Origin: an uncultured Gemmatimonadales bacterium
Lineage (GTDB): Bacteria > Gemmatimonadota > Gemmatimonadetes > Gemmatimonadales > GWC2-71-9
Reading direction: 5' to 3'
Assembly (NCBI GenBank): GCA_963804125.1
Contig: CAWDPF010000012.1
Span: 11,732-75,731 of the forward strand
Length of the DNA: 64,000 nt
Positions 43,517 to 52,622 of the stretch are shown piece by piece (the stretch's first letter is position 1; the number at the start of each line of letters is the position of its first letter). The notes under the pieces were generated by a model that worked only from the letters and a program-made list of their open reading frames with translations, did no database searches and was not told the origin of the DNA. The position numbers and the translations under genes are program-made.

Positions 43517-44874
43517 CTCATATTCCATTTGCCACCACCGGCGCCTACCCGGTGCGTGCTGGCAATCGCGTCCACCCGCTCATTGATGGCGAGCCTGCAT
43601 TTCGCCGGGTGTGTGATGCCATTGATCAAGCCCAAGCGCGGGTGTGGGTCGCTGTCACGTTTCTCTGGGCCAGCTTTCAGATGCCCGATGGTCGCGGTTC
43701 GTTCTTTGACGTGCTGACACGAGCGCGCCAGCGTGGACTCGACGTCCGGGTGCTATTTTGGCGACCTGACGGGGCGACCGCACATCTGCGGACTAACGCG
43801 TTCTGGGGGTCGCCCGCACATGTCGGGCTGCTGGAGCAGCAGGCATCGGAGATCAGCGTTCGCTGGGATCGCGCGCATCCTGGATTCTGTCAGCATCAAA
43901 AATTCTGGCTCATTGACGTTGGGTTGGAAACGGCCTGTGCATTTGTCGGTGGCATCAATCTCAATCCCCATTCGGTGGTTGCCCCCGGCCATCGTGGCGC
44001 TGAACACAATCACGACATGTATCTCGAGATCAGCGGTTCGGCGGTCACAGACGTCCACCACAACTTTGTGCAACGCTGGAACGAGGCCAGCGAACGGGAC
44101 GAAGCGGACGGTCGGTGGGGACTCGATGCTGATCGCGATCTCACCTTTCCAGACCGGGTAGCGGTGGCACGGGGGCCGACTGTCGCCCAAGTGCAACGGA
44201 CGATCCATCCTGGTCGCTACGCCAACACCCACCCCACTCCCGGCGGGGCTCCGTTTGCCATCGCTGACGGCGAGTTCTCCAATCGCGACCAGTACGTCCA
44301 TGCCATCCGTGCTGCCCGTGAGTATATCTATCTTGAGAACCAAGCCATCAGTGTGCGGCCAATCCTTGAAGAGCTTGTAGCCGCGGTGAAGCGCGGCGTG
44401 GCGGTCGTCCTAGTGTTGCCGACCGTGGCCAGCAGCATCGACGCACCTGCGGATCGCCGCGGTGAGCGGTTCCGTGACGAACGCCGCACGCTGGCGCGCA
44501 CGTCGCATTTCACTCTAGCAGGACTGGCCGGACCAGATGCCAGTGGTGCACGCCAACCCGTTCACGTGCATGCCAAACTTATGATCATTGATGATGTCTG
44601 GGCGACGGTCGGCTCCTGCAACCTCCACCGATATTCCATGTATGGTAACAGTGAGCTCAACATCGCCTTCGCCGATGCGGTGACGGTGCGCGCATTACGC
44701 TGCGAACTCCTAGCGGAGCATCTCGAACAGGACACATCCGCGCTCGATGGTCGATCGGCGCTCTGCGTGTTTCGGACCGTGGCTGAGCAGAATGCGGGTC
44801 GCCGGGACGGTGGAGATCCCGACTGGGAAGGAATCGCCTGCGCGATGGATCCACTTCAGTGGTGGGCAGGCTGA
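43513..44874 (+). CDS. Phospholipase D family protein (two HKD motifs)
   Basis: HQKFWLID and HAKLMIID...GSCN. Confidence 0.9.
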   Translation: MTHIPFATTGAYPVRAGNRVHPLIDGEPAFRRVCDAIDQAQARVWVAVTFLWASFQMPDGRGSFFDVLTRARQRGLDVRVLFWRPDGATAHLRTNAFWGSPAHVGLLEQQASEISVRWDRAHPGFCQHQKFWLIDVGLETACAFVGGINLNPHSVVAPGHRGAEHNHDMYLEISGSAVTDVHHNFVQRWNEASERDEADGRWGLDADRDLTFPDRVAVARGPTVAQVQRTIHPGRYANTHPTPGGAPFAIADGEFSNRDQYVHAIRAAREYIYLENQAISVRPILEELVAAVKRGVAVVLVLPTVASSIDAPADRRGERFRDERRTLARTSHFTLAGLAGPDASGARQPVHVHAKLMIIDDVWATVGSCNLHRYSMYGNSELNIAFADAVTVRALRCELLAEHLEQDTSALDGRSALCVFRTVAEQNAGRRDGGDPDWEGIACAMDPLQWWAG

Positions 44875-44935
44875 ACGGCGCGATCGTCGGCCGGTCAATG
44901 ACAAGGAAGAGAACCCTAATATCTCGAGTGGCGCC

Positions 44936-45077
44936 GCCTAACCCGCAAATGCAGCCGACAGGCCGATCGGCGCGAGGCTCCGCCCGGGCGGCAACATCAC
45001 TGGCTGCGATGAGGAAGCGATAAATTGTGCGGGCGCGGGCAGTGTAGGGCCTGCAGCTGATTTGCATTTCGTTAGGC
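44936..45077 (+). repeat. attC site
   Basis: GCCTAAC...GTTAGGC. Confidence 0.92.
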
Positions 45078-45096
45078 CGACGCCGGAGATCTGGGA

Positions 45097-45531
45097 ATGC
45101 GGCTGTGGACCGTGCACCCGAAGTACCTGGACGCCCTCGGGCTGGTGGCTCTCTGGCGGGAGGCTCTGCTCGCCCGAGCAGTGCTTCGCGGCGGCACCCG
45201 GGGATACCGGCACCACCCCCAACTCACGCGATTCCGGGAGCAGGCGCGTCCAGTCGAGTCGCTGAACCATTACCTGGCTGCGGTGCATGCGGAGGCGTGC
45301 CGTCGCGGGTACGCGTTCGACCACCGGAAGCTCGGGCGTGCCCGCCCGGGCCTGCGCATCACGGAGACAACAGGACAATTGGCGGCCGAGTGGGTGCACC
45401 TGTTGAGTAAACTCCGGCAACGGGCACCGGAGCGTTACCAACAGCTGATGACGACTCGGCATCCGGCCGCTCACCCACTATTCCGCATGGTTCGGGGTCA
45501 TGTGCGTGCCTGGGAGCGCAGCGCGGCCTAA
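45097..45531 (+). CDS. Pyrimidine-dimer DNA glycosylase (DenV-like) family protein
   Basis: MRLWTVHPKYLD...LWREALLA...GYRHHPQL; stop codon lies in attC R''. Confidence 0.85.
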   Translation: MRLWTVHPKYLDALGLVALWREALLARAVLRGGTRGYRHHPQLTRFREQARPVESLNHYLAAVHAEACRRGYAFDHRKLGRARPGLRITETTGQLAAEWVHLLSKLRQRAPERYQQLMTTRHPAAHPLFRMVRGHVRAWERSAA

Positions 45532-45651
45532 CCCGCTAATGCAGCCGAAACGCGGGCGACGCGGGGCGCCACCCGCGTCCGACTCTCCCAGTGGGGGTCT
45601 GGACCATAGGTTGCCACAGGTCGTTTGCAGCTGATTAGCCATTCGTTGGAC
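45526..45651 (+). repeat. attC site
   Basis: GCCTAAC...GTTGGAC. Confidence 0.9.
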
Positions 45652-45684
45652 GGCAGGGCCACGATCCTCGAAGGGCGAGATACG

Positions 45685-46101
45685 ATGGTCGAGTTCAAGA
45701 GTCCTGAACGCCTCCCGGCGAGCGTCAAACTGGCAGCAGCGCTGTTCGTCGCGTACGGCCTAGCGGTGGTCCTCAACGCGACCGTGATGCAAGCGGCGGG
45801 CGGGTGGGGCGCGGCGCGCGACTTCCCGCGAGCGATTCTGCGACTGATCGGGACTGGCATCATCGCGTGGGGCCTGCTCCGACGGGCGCGGTGGGCTTGG
45901 TGGTTGGGACTCGTTTTGGCCGTGTTCTGGCTCTCGGCTGGGGCGCTCGCCGTCCTCGTTCTGGAACGAGGGGATGTCTACTGGCTGTCGCCCAGTGGTT
46001 TTCAGACGTTTCTCGTGGTGTCGCTCGTATGTCTCGGCGCGGCGGTGGCGTTGCTCATCTCGCCCTCGGCGCGCGCGGTGTTCCGGCGGCCTGCCGTCTA
46101 A
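45685..46101 (+). CDS. Hypothetical membrane protein (about 4 TM)
   Basis: Hydrophobic ORF with stop in attC R''. Confidence 0.75.
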   Translation: MVEFKSPERLPASVKLAAALFVAYGLAVVLNATVMQAAGGWGAARDFPRAILRLIGTGIIAWGLLRRARWAWWLGLVLAVFWLSAGALAVLVLERGDVYWLSPSGFQTFLVVSLVCLGAAVALLISPSARAVFRRPAV

Positions 46102-46216
46102 CCCGCCAATGCAGCCGACAAACGCGGATGAGAGCCAAGCTCCGCACGTGTCCAGTCCTTCCAGCGGCGACAAAGGACCGTAGGTTCTCGCAGGTCGTTT
46201 GCAGCTGCTTGGCGCC
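46096..46216 (+). repeat. attC site lacking R' end
   Basis: GTCTAAC...TGCAGCTG with no following GTTRRRY. Confidence 0.75.
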
Positions 46217-46315
46217 GAGGTCACGGTGGGCGAGGCGATGAGCGGCTGGGTCTGGGCGACCAATCCGGATGGGCAGGCGGGTTGGATCCCGACGACATGC
46301 ATCACTCCAGTGTGA
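46214..46315 (+). pseudogene. 3' remnant of an SH3-like domain cassette gene
   Basis: AEVTVGEAMSGWVWATNPDGQAGWIP. Confidence 0.5.
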
Positions 46316-46329
46316 AGGCGGGCGGTGCC

Positions 46330-46467
46330 GCCTGGCCCGCGCATGCAGCCGCCGGGCCGGTCGGGCACGGGCTGCCGTGCGGGCGGCGCCATCCGGTGGA
46401 GCCGTTAGGGAGGCGTAGGCTCGGGCAGGCGCGGGCACGATGGCCCGCAGCTGATGCTGAGGTCCAG
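46330..46467 (+). repeat. Degenerate attC site
   Basis: gcctggcccgcgcatgcagccg...cgcagctgatgc; both core sites mutated. Confidence 0.7.
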
Positions 46468-47142
46468 ATGGATTTCGATACCAACATCCGGCTGGCGGTC
46501 TACCAGCACTTCGTGAGTACAGGGCGGGCGCCCCTGGTTGCCCACGTTGCCGCCGAATGCGCTTGTTCTACGGAGGATGTTCGAGCAAGCTATGCCCGCT
46601 TGCGGGTGAATCGCGTTCTGCTCCTTGACCTGGACGGCACGACCATTCGCATGGCTCCACCCTTTTCCGGAGTACCCACGCCGCACACGGTGGAGCTGGG
46701 GCGGCGAACGTACTTCGCCAACTGCGCCTGGGACGCACTGGGCATTCCGGCCGCCTTGCATCAAGAGGCGGTCGTGCACTCGCGCTGCGGGCAGTCGGGC
46801 ACCACTCTCCGTCTCCGCGTCGGTCTAAGGGGGCCGGAGCCCAGCCAATGGCTCTTCCACTGCCAAGTCCCAGCGGCGCGCTGGTGGGCGGACCTGGTCT
46901 TCACCTGAAGCACGATGCTCTTCTTCCGGTCGGAAGAACTCGTGAATGCGTGGTGCCAAGCGCGCGACATTGCCCGGCGACCGCTGGTGACCATGGAGCA
47001 GCTGTGGCAACTGGCGGTCACCTGGTACGACAGTCGGCTATCGCCGGAGGCGAGGCGCCCAGGTCCAGACGAGATGCGACGGATCTTTGCTGGGATTGGG
47101 TTGGACGATCCGTTCTGGGATCCACAGGCCGACAGTTTCTAG
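46468..47142 (+). CDS. merB: MerB-like organomercurial lyase, probable selenoprotein (in-frame TGA at 46906-46908)
   Basis: HTH N-terminus, YFANCAWDALG motif, WADLVFT-TGA-STMLFFRSEE continuing in frame; SECIS-like hairpin downstream. Confidence 0.8.
46909..46944 (+). promoter_or_regulatory. Bacterial SECIS-like element
   Basis: CACGA..TTCTTCC-GGTC-GGAAGAA.TCGTG hairpin; loop starts 19 nt after the UGA. Confidence 0.72.
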
Positions 47143-48376
47143 GTTGAGCGTCTCAGGTGTTGGGTAACAGGTGTTATCACCTGACAGGTGACAGGTGACA
47201 GGTGGCGTTCGCGTTGGCTGCGGCCGCGGCGGTCGTGAATCCGGTAGTCGCGTTCGTCGAGCCAGCCGAGGTGGATCGGTCCAAAGAACACATTCCAGGT
47301 GCCGCTCGCCAGGGGTTCGAGCGCGACCGGCAGCGTCGCCAGGATGTGCGAGACGTTCACCCAGCGTTTCTGCCACCGAATGCCACCGTTGGTCGACACG
47401 CGCCGGATCTCGAAGTGCTCCGGGTAGCCGATCGGCCGGAGGCGTGGCACGTAGAGTCGATCGGACGGCGTATAGAGCGCCGCGGGCCGCCGCTGGCGGA
47501 GCGCCTCATGCGGGCGGACCTCGTTGTAGATCCGGCGGAAGGTGTCGAAGCGCCGCTGCTGGGCACCGAAGGAGGCCGCGGCGGCGGGCCGCGTGGTCTC
47601 GGCCTTGAGATCGCGATGCATGCGCTTGTGCCGCCCGTTCTGCTGGGGGTGGGCCGGCTCGATGAGCTCGGGGCGGATGCCGAGCCGGAGCCACCAGACG
47701 CTGAGCTGGGACAGGCGGCCGAGCGCACAGGAGGCGAAGGGCTGCCCATGGTCCGAGCGGATGCGCTCGGGGAGCCCGTAGGTGCGAAAGAGTCGGCGAA
47801 AGACCTGCTGCGTGGGCGCGAGCAGCGGACCCTCGAGGCCCTCGCAGGCGAGCAGATAGCGGAATAGGCGTCCTGGACGGTGAGCGGGTAGCAGTACCGG
47901 CCGGTGCCCAGCTTGAACTGGCCCTTGAAGTCGACCGACCAGACCACATTGGGGCCGGTAATCGGCGTCTGCGGGCGGCCAGGATGGGCGCGCACGCGGG
48001 AGCGCCGACGGCGACGGACCCGCCCGTGCCGCACGAGAATGCGGTGAATGGTCGGGATGGCCGGCACCGGCTCCCCGGGATGCGCCTCGCAGAGCAGCTC
48101 GTAGAGCTTGCGGGCGCCCCAGCGCCAGGTGCGGCGCAGCGCGAGGATCTCGCGGATCACGGCCGGCGCGGTGGCATGGGGACAGGCCGCGGGCCGATGG
48201 GAGCGATCGATCAGACTGTCGGGGCCGAGCCGAGCGTAGCGGTCGAGCCACTTGTACCCGGTCTTGCGGCTGATGCCGTAGCGCCGGCAGAGCTCGGCGA
48301 AGGCGGCGGAGGTGTGCTCGGCATCGAGCACGAAACGCTGGCGCTCGTACATGGGTGACGTGACTCTCCACGGCAT
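47139..48376 (-). CDS. IS481-family DDE transposase (frameshift near 47865)
   Basis: MPW start, GISRKTGYKW, WSVDFKG, IRSDHGQPF, PQQNGRHKRMHR, YNEVRPHEAL. Confidence 0.9.
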
Positions 48377-48461
48377 CGGAGCCTCCTCTGAGGCTCCTAG
48401 GTTATGGGAGTGTCACCCATCAGGTGATAACAACCTGTCACCCATCAGCTGAGACTGTACC
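47143..48461 (-). mobile_element. IS481-family insertion sequence
   Basis: About 45 bp imperfect terminal inverted repeats (gtctcaggtgttgggtaacagg... / ...cctgtcacccatcagctgagac). Confidence 0.85.
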
Positions 48462-48469
48462 GGTTCGCA

Positions 48470-48605
48470 GCCTAACCCGCGCATGCAGCCGACAAGCGCT
48501 TCCGGGTATGGCTCCGGTGTCCGCCACCCGCCGCCGGCGGGCGACGGAACGCAGGATAGTGCATGAGCGAGCGAGTCGCTGCAGCTGATGCGCAAGTCGT
48601 TAGGC
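48470..48605 (+). repeat. attC site (of the merB cassette)
   Basis: GCCTAAC...GTTAGGC. Confidence 0.92.
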
Positions 48606-48631
48606 CGACTCCACCCGAGATCGGAGACCTT

Positions 48632-48880
48632 GTGGCTACTCGAGAGGGACTCCGGGTCATCGCGACCCTGATCGGAGGAGGCGTCCTGGCCTACGCCGCC
48701 CTGGTGGTCGTTCGAGGAACGCTCTATGACGTGGACGACGGGCGCGTCGACCGGAGCGCCCGCCCGGTGACCTTCTGGCTCTTGGTGGGAGGGATAACGC
48801 TCCTCGGGTTGTCAATCATAGGTGTGGGTTGGGGGTGGCCGCTGGTGAGTGCGGTGGGCTCGGCTCCTGACCCGCCCTGA
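48632..48880 (+). CDS. Small membrane protein
   Basis: Two hydrophobic segments; GGAG RBS. Confidence 0.6.
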   Translation: MATREGLRVIATLIGGGVLAYAALVVVRGTLYDVDDGRVDRSARPVTFWLLVGGITLLGLSIIGVGWGWPLVSAVGSAPDPP

Positions 48881-48983
48881 AGCGAGCTTCGGGCTGCGCG
48901 ATGCTCCGCCCGCCGGTGCGCGCCGAGGGCTGCCAGCGGAACGAAGGTGTTCTCAAGTTGCCACTCCAAGGGAGGATCGCCCC

Positions 48984-49457
48984 ATGCGCTGCTTCCCGCT
49001 GCTTGCCGGTGGGCTCCTGAGTCTCGTAGACGCCTCGGCAACCCATGCACAGAGATCCGACACCCTGCCAGTCCGAGTGGTCGAGCGGATGTTGGACGCC
49101 TTCGACCGCGGCGATGTGACGGCCCGGAGCACGCTGTACGATTCGGTCTACTACTTCCAAGATCTCATGGTGCCGCACCGAGGAGATCCCAATCGGCCGC
49201 CGGCGATGTCGGCCTCGGAGCGCGCTCGCGCGTGGCAGGCCGATATCGCCAAGATGGGGTCGGATCTACCACGTCGCTCCCGAAAGGTCTTGCAGCGCAT
49301 GGTCGCCGGCCGATTCGTAGTCTATCACATCGCCGTACTCTTCGAGCCACCCCACGAGGACCAAACCTTCGAAAAGCTTGAGGTCTACGAGGTGAAGAAC
49401 GGGAAGATCGTCGCCGAGTACGATGGGCAGGGCGTTGCCAGCGGACGTCCTCAGTAG
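48984..49457 (+). CDS. Secreted NTF2/SnoaL-like protein
   Basis: Signal peptide, VVERMLDAFDRGD, VYEVKNGKIV. Confidence 0.75.
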   Translation: MRCFPLLAGGLLSLVDASATHAQRSDTLPVRVVERMLDAFDRGDVTARSTLYDSVYYFQDLMVPHRGDPNRPPAMSASERARAWQADIAKMGSDLPRRSRKVLQRMVAGRFVVYHIAVLFEPPHEDQTFEKLEVYEVKNGKIVAEYDGQGVASGRPQ

Positions 49458-49489
49458 GATGGCGGCCAGTAGCTTGTCGCAGCCGCGCC

Positions 49490-49585
49490 ACCTAACCCGC
49501 GCATGCAGTCGACAAGCGCGCCCGGGGGCGGCTGCCGACGAATGCGGCCCTCCGGTGTGGAGCGTGGGTTGCCGCCCGGTTAAGA
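49490..49585 (+). repeat. attC site with internal deletion (L' missing)
   Basis: ACCTAACCCGCGCATGCAGTCGAC...GTTAAGA. Confidence 0.65.
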
Positions 49586-49604
49586 CACGATGGGGAGGAC
49601 AGCG

Positions 49605-49880
49605 ATGCACGCCGCACTTATGCACTTGACCATTGACCCGGCGCTAGCACCCGCGGCGGCCGCTGCGTTTACCGATGAGCTATTACCTCGGGTGCGGACG
49701 GCACCGGGCTTCGTAGCCGGTTACTGGGTGGATCCGGTCGACCGCCAAGGCTTCGGGTTTGTGCTCTTCGAGACGGAGGGGCAAGCCCTCAAAGCAACGC
49801 CGCCAGCCACCAGCTGGTCAGCGCCCGGAGTGGTAGTCGTACGAGTAGATGTCCGACGGGTCGCGGTCGCCATACCGTAA
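49605..49880 (+). CDS. Dimeric alpha/beta-barrel (ABM-like) protein
   Basis: LPRVRTAPGFVAGYW. Confidence 0.65.
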   Translation: MHAALMHLTIDPALAPAAAAAFTDELLPRVRTAPGFVAGYWVDPVDRQGFGFVLFETEGQALKATPPATSWSAPGVVVVRVDVRRVAVAIP

Positions 49881-49902
49881 TGTGAGTGGCGGACCACATG
49901 AC

Positions 49903-50046
49903 GCCTGACCCACGCATGCAGCCGCCAGGCCGGGGTGGGCCAGGGGCTCCCCGCGGGCGCGTGGCTCATTGAGGCCAAGTAGCGCAAGCATTGATTTGTG
50001 CGGCCGCGAGCATGATCGCCTGCAGCTGATGCGCCATTCGTTAGGC
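49903..50046 (+). repeat. attC site
   Basis: GCCTGAC...TGCAGCTGATGCGCCATTC-GTTAGGC. Confidence 0.85.
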
Positions 50047-50148
50047 GGACGATCATGTCCACAGACTCGAGCGGCTCACTTTGTGGTACCGATTAAGGAC
50101 CAACAGGGAGCTCATCGAGTGTCTGAAACGCAACGTCAGGAGCCTATC

Positions 50149-50538
50149 ATGAAGCTCAGGGCAGTGCTGACAGTTTCGGCGATTTACCAGGCTATTATTG
50201 GCGTCGGGATGATGCTCGTTCCCCGGCAGTTCGGTATCGGTGCCGTCCCGCCGGACGCCTCCCCCGCGCTGGTCCACTTCCTCCGAATCTTCGGCGGTCC
50301 CATGCTTGGGATTGCAGTGCTGAACTGGATCGGTCGGAACGCGGAGCCTTCCACAGCGCGAAACGCCATTGTCCTTGCCAATATCGTGGGGTTTGGTTGC
50401 GTAGCTCTCGTGGACGTATGGGGTGTGTTCAGCGGTGGCGCGCGCCCGATTGCGAAACTGTTCCTTGTCATTCATCTGCTTTTGACTGCCGCCTTTGTCG
50501 TTGCATGGCGGACCAACATGCGGACCCCGCGCGGTTAG
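50149..50538 (+). CDS. Hypothetical membrane protein (about 4 TM)
   Basis: AGGAG RBS; hydrophobic ORF. Confidence 0.75.
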   Translation: MKLRAVLTVSAIYQAIIGVGMMLVPRQFGIGAVPPDASPALVHFLRIFGGPMLGIAVLNWIGRNAEPSTARNAIVLANIVGFGCVALVDVWGVFSGGARPIAKLFLVIHLLLTAAFVVAWRTNMRTPRG

Positions 50539-50565
50539 GTTAGACCGTTAGACGGTAAAGGCACC

Positions 50566-51012
50566 ATGTTCACGATTCTGTCCCGTTTCGAGATCGCCGT
50601 CACCGTTGGCGTGCTCGGTGCGATCGGGCTGGTGGGAATCGGTCGGTCCCTTGCTCCGCGCCGCGAGTTGCTTGTGTACGGCGTCGGCCTCGGCATCACC
50701 GCCGTCGCCTACCTTGTGCACGGCGTGCAACGCGAGGCTCCAGCGAGCCATCTCGGCCTGGAGCTAGTCGGCGCGGGGATCTTTGGCATTGCTGCCGTCC
50801 TTGGCACCAGGCGGTGGCCCGCTCTCTTGGCGCTTGGCTATACGGCCCACGTGGCATGGGACCTCTTCTTCCACTATGCGAGAGGTCTGGCATTCGCGCC
50901 GGCCTGGTACCCGTGGTTTTGCGTCGGCTTCGACCTCTTCATCGGAGGGTATGTCGCGGGCCTGGTCGCAGCCAGACAACACGTCTCTGCTACCGAGCCG
51001 CCCGCCACCTAA
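50566..51012 (+). CDS. Membrane protein (DUF6010-like)
   Basis: HVAWDLFFH...PAWYPWFCVGFD. Confidence 0.7.
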   Translation: MFTILSRFEIAVTVGVLGAIGLVGIGRSLAPRRELLVYGVGLGITAVAYLVHGVQREAPASHLGLELVGAGIFGIAAVLGTRRWPALLALGYTAHVAWDLFFHYARGLAFAPAWYPWFCVGFDLFIGGYVAGLVAARQHVSATEPPAT

Positions 51013-51068
51013 CGCATTCGCTAGCTGGGCTATTCGACATGGCATTCCGGCAGGAGACTCGGCGGAAG

Positions 51069-51629
51069 ATGGAGCATAAACCGACGAAGACTGAGATCGC
51101 GGCTGCGGTCGGAAAAACGGTCCCGGATTTGATCGCTCCCGGACTGGCCGTCCTCTTCTGCGGCATCAACCCTGGGCTGTACTCAGGTGCTACCGGTCAT
51201 CACTTCGCTCGACCGGGCAACCGATTCTGGCCTACTCTTCATGCAGCCGGCTTTACGGACCACCCGGTACGGCCATGGGAAGAGAGACGGCTCTTGGGGT
51301 ATGGCTTGGGTATCACGAATCTCGTAGCCCGAGCGACAGCAACCGCGGCAGAACTCGAACCCGACGAACTGCGGGCCGGGCGAGCGCGGCTCGAGCGGAA
51401 GGTCCGTCGCTTCCGTCCGCAAGCGGTGGCGGTGCTGGGGATCGGCGCATATCGGTTGGCTTTCAACCTCCCCAGGGCTCCCGTCGGCCGCCAGTCGGCG
51501 TCGCTGGGCCCAGCCGAGCTTTGGGTGCTGCCCAACCCAAGCGGACTCAATGCGAGCCACCAGCTTCGTGATCTCGTGCGAGCCTTTGGGGAGCTCCGGG
51601 CGCTTCTAGACAGGCGCCGGGCGGGCTAG
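51069..51629 (+). CDS. mug: G/U mismatch-specific DNA glycosylase
   Basis: FCGINPG, HHFARPGNRFW, LPNPSGLN. Confidence 0.92.
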   Translation: MEHKPTKTEIAAAVGKTVPDLIAPGLAVLFCGINPGLYSGATGHHFARPGNRFWPTLHAAGFTDHPVRPWEERRLLGYGLGITNLVARATATAAELEPDELRAGRARLERKVRRFRPQAVAVLGIGAYRLAFNLPRAPVGRQSASLGPAELWVLPNPSGLNASHQLRDLVRAFGELRALLDRRRAG

Positions 51630-51631
51630 CC

Positions 51632-51697
51632 GCCTAACAAGCGTATGCAGCCGACGGACCGGAGGTGTCCCGAGCTCCGCTCAGGCGCTTCGTCGCC
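51632..51697 (+). repeat. attC left half
   Basis: GCCTAACAAGCGTATGCAGCCGAC; next R' (GTTAGGC) only at 52582-52588. Confidence 0.75.
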
Positions 51698-52468
51698 TCA
51701 TGCCCTCAACAGCGGAAGGAGCACGCCGATCAGCACGCTCGCACCATCCATTAGGGCATGCGCAATCGCCAACGGAACCAGCCGGCGAAGTCGCAGATAC
51801 ACACACGTTAGGAACACCGAGTACGGCACCGCCGATAACAGCCGAAAAGCCATGAACCTCGCATCAAAGGTCAATGGCATGAAAGCGTGCTGCAACGACC
51901 AGACGAATGCCACAATTGCGATCGCCAGACTCGCACTCCGGCAAAGAACTTGGAAGCGGGGCAGCAGATAGCCATTGTAGGTCATCTGCTCGGTCAGCCC
52001 CCAGATGAACGGGAACACCAGCACGCCATAGAGAGCGGCCGGCAATGGCAGGGCCCCGAAGAGGTACGGCCCCGTGAGCGTCCCGTACAACAGCCAACCG
52101 GCCCCATAGGTGCCACCAAGAATGAATACGAGGCTGGCAGGGATGAGCGCGAGGCCGAGAAGTACATCGCGGCCGAGACGCGTCCGCTCGAAGCCGACAA
52201 GATCGAACAGCCGGATGCCCTCGCGGCGTGTGAGCCGCCACAGCAACGCCAGGCATCCGGCATCGACCAAGGTCCCGTACACCGGCAGCCATGGCTCAGC
52301 GTCATGCCATGGAGTCGGCGACGATCGCAGGGCGAGGACGGCTGCGACCACGGCTTGTGCACCCACGGCACAAGCTGCGCGTGCAAACAGCATCAGTGCC
52401 GGGCCGCGCCATGTAAGCGCTCCTTTGTTCAGCCGGCGAAGGAGGGCCTCGTAGGAATTCGGGTCCAT
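51698..52468 (-). CDS. CPBP (CAAX protease / Abi) family intramembrane protein
   Basis: TEQMTYNGYL (EExxxR variant), FVWSLQH, AHALMD. Confidence 0.78.
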   Translation of the reverse strand: MDPNSYEALLRRLNKGALTWRGPALMLFARAACAVGAQAVVAAVLALRSSPTPWHDAEPWLPVYGTLVDAGCLALLWRLTRREGIRLFDLVGFERTRLGRDVLLGLALIPASLVFILGGTYGAGWLLYGTLTGPYLFGALPLPAALYGVLVFPFIWGLTEQMTYNGYLLPRFQVLCRSASLAIAIVAFVWSLQHAFMPLTFDARFMAFRLLSAVPYSVFLTCVYLRLRRLVPLAIAHALMDGASVLIGVLLPLLRA

Positions 52469-52475
52469 CGTGCCA

Positions 52476-52518
52476 ATTGTAGTATCCTAAGAAAACCGTG
52501 CACAAGTGACTCTTGTGC
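52476..52518 (-). promoter_or_regulatory. Putative leaderless promoter with overlapping inverted repeat
   Basis: TTGTGC, 18 bp spacer, TACAAT, 7 bp, ATG; GCACAAG-N5-CTTGTGC palindrome. Confidence 0.5.
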
Positions 52519-52622
52519 GAGCCCTCGAACGAGTCAGGCGTGATTGTTGTTCTGCTATGTGGCTGAAGAAACCGCCGCTTCGTTAGGCGGCACCGTGGAG
52601 TTCCTCCCTCGACGAGGATACG

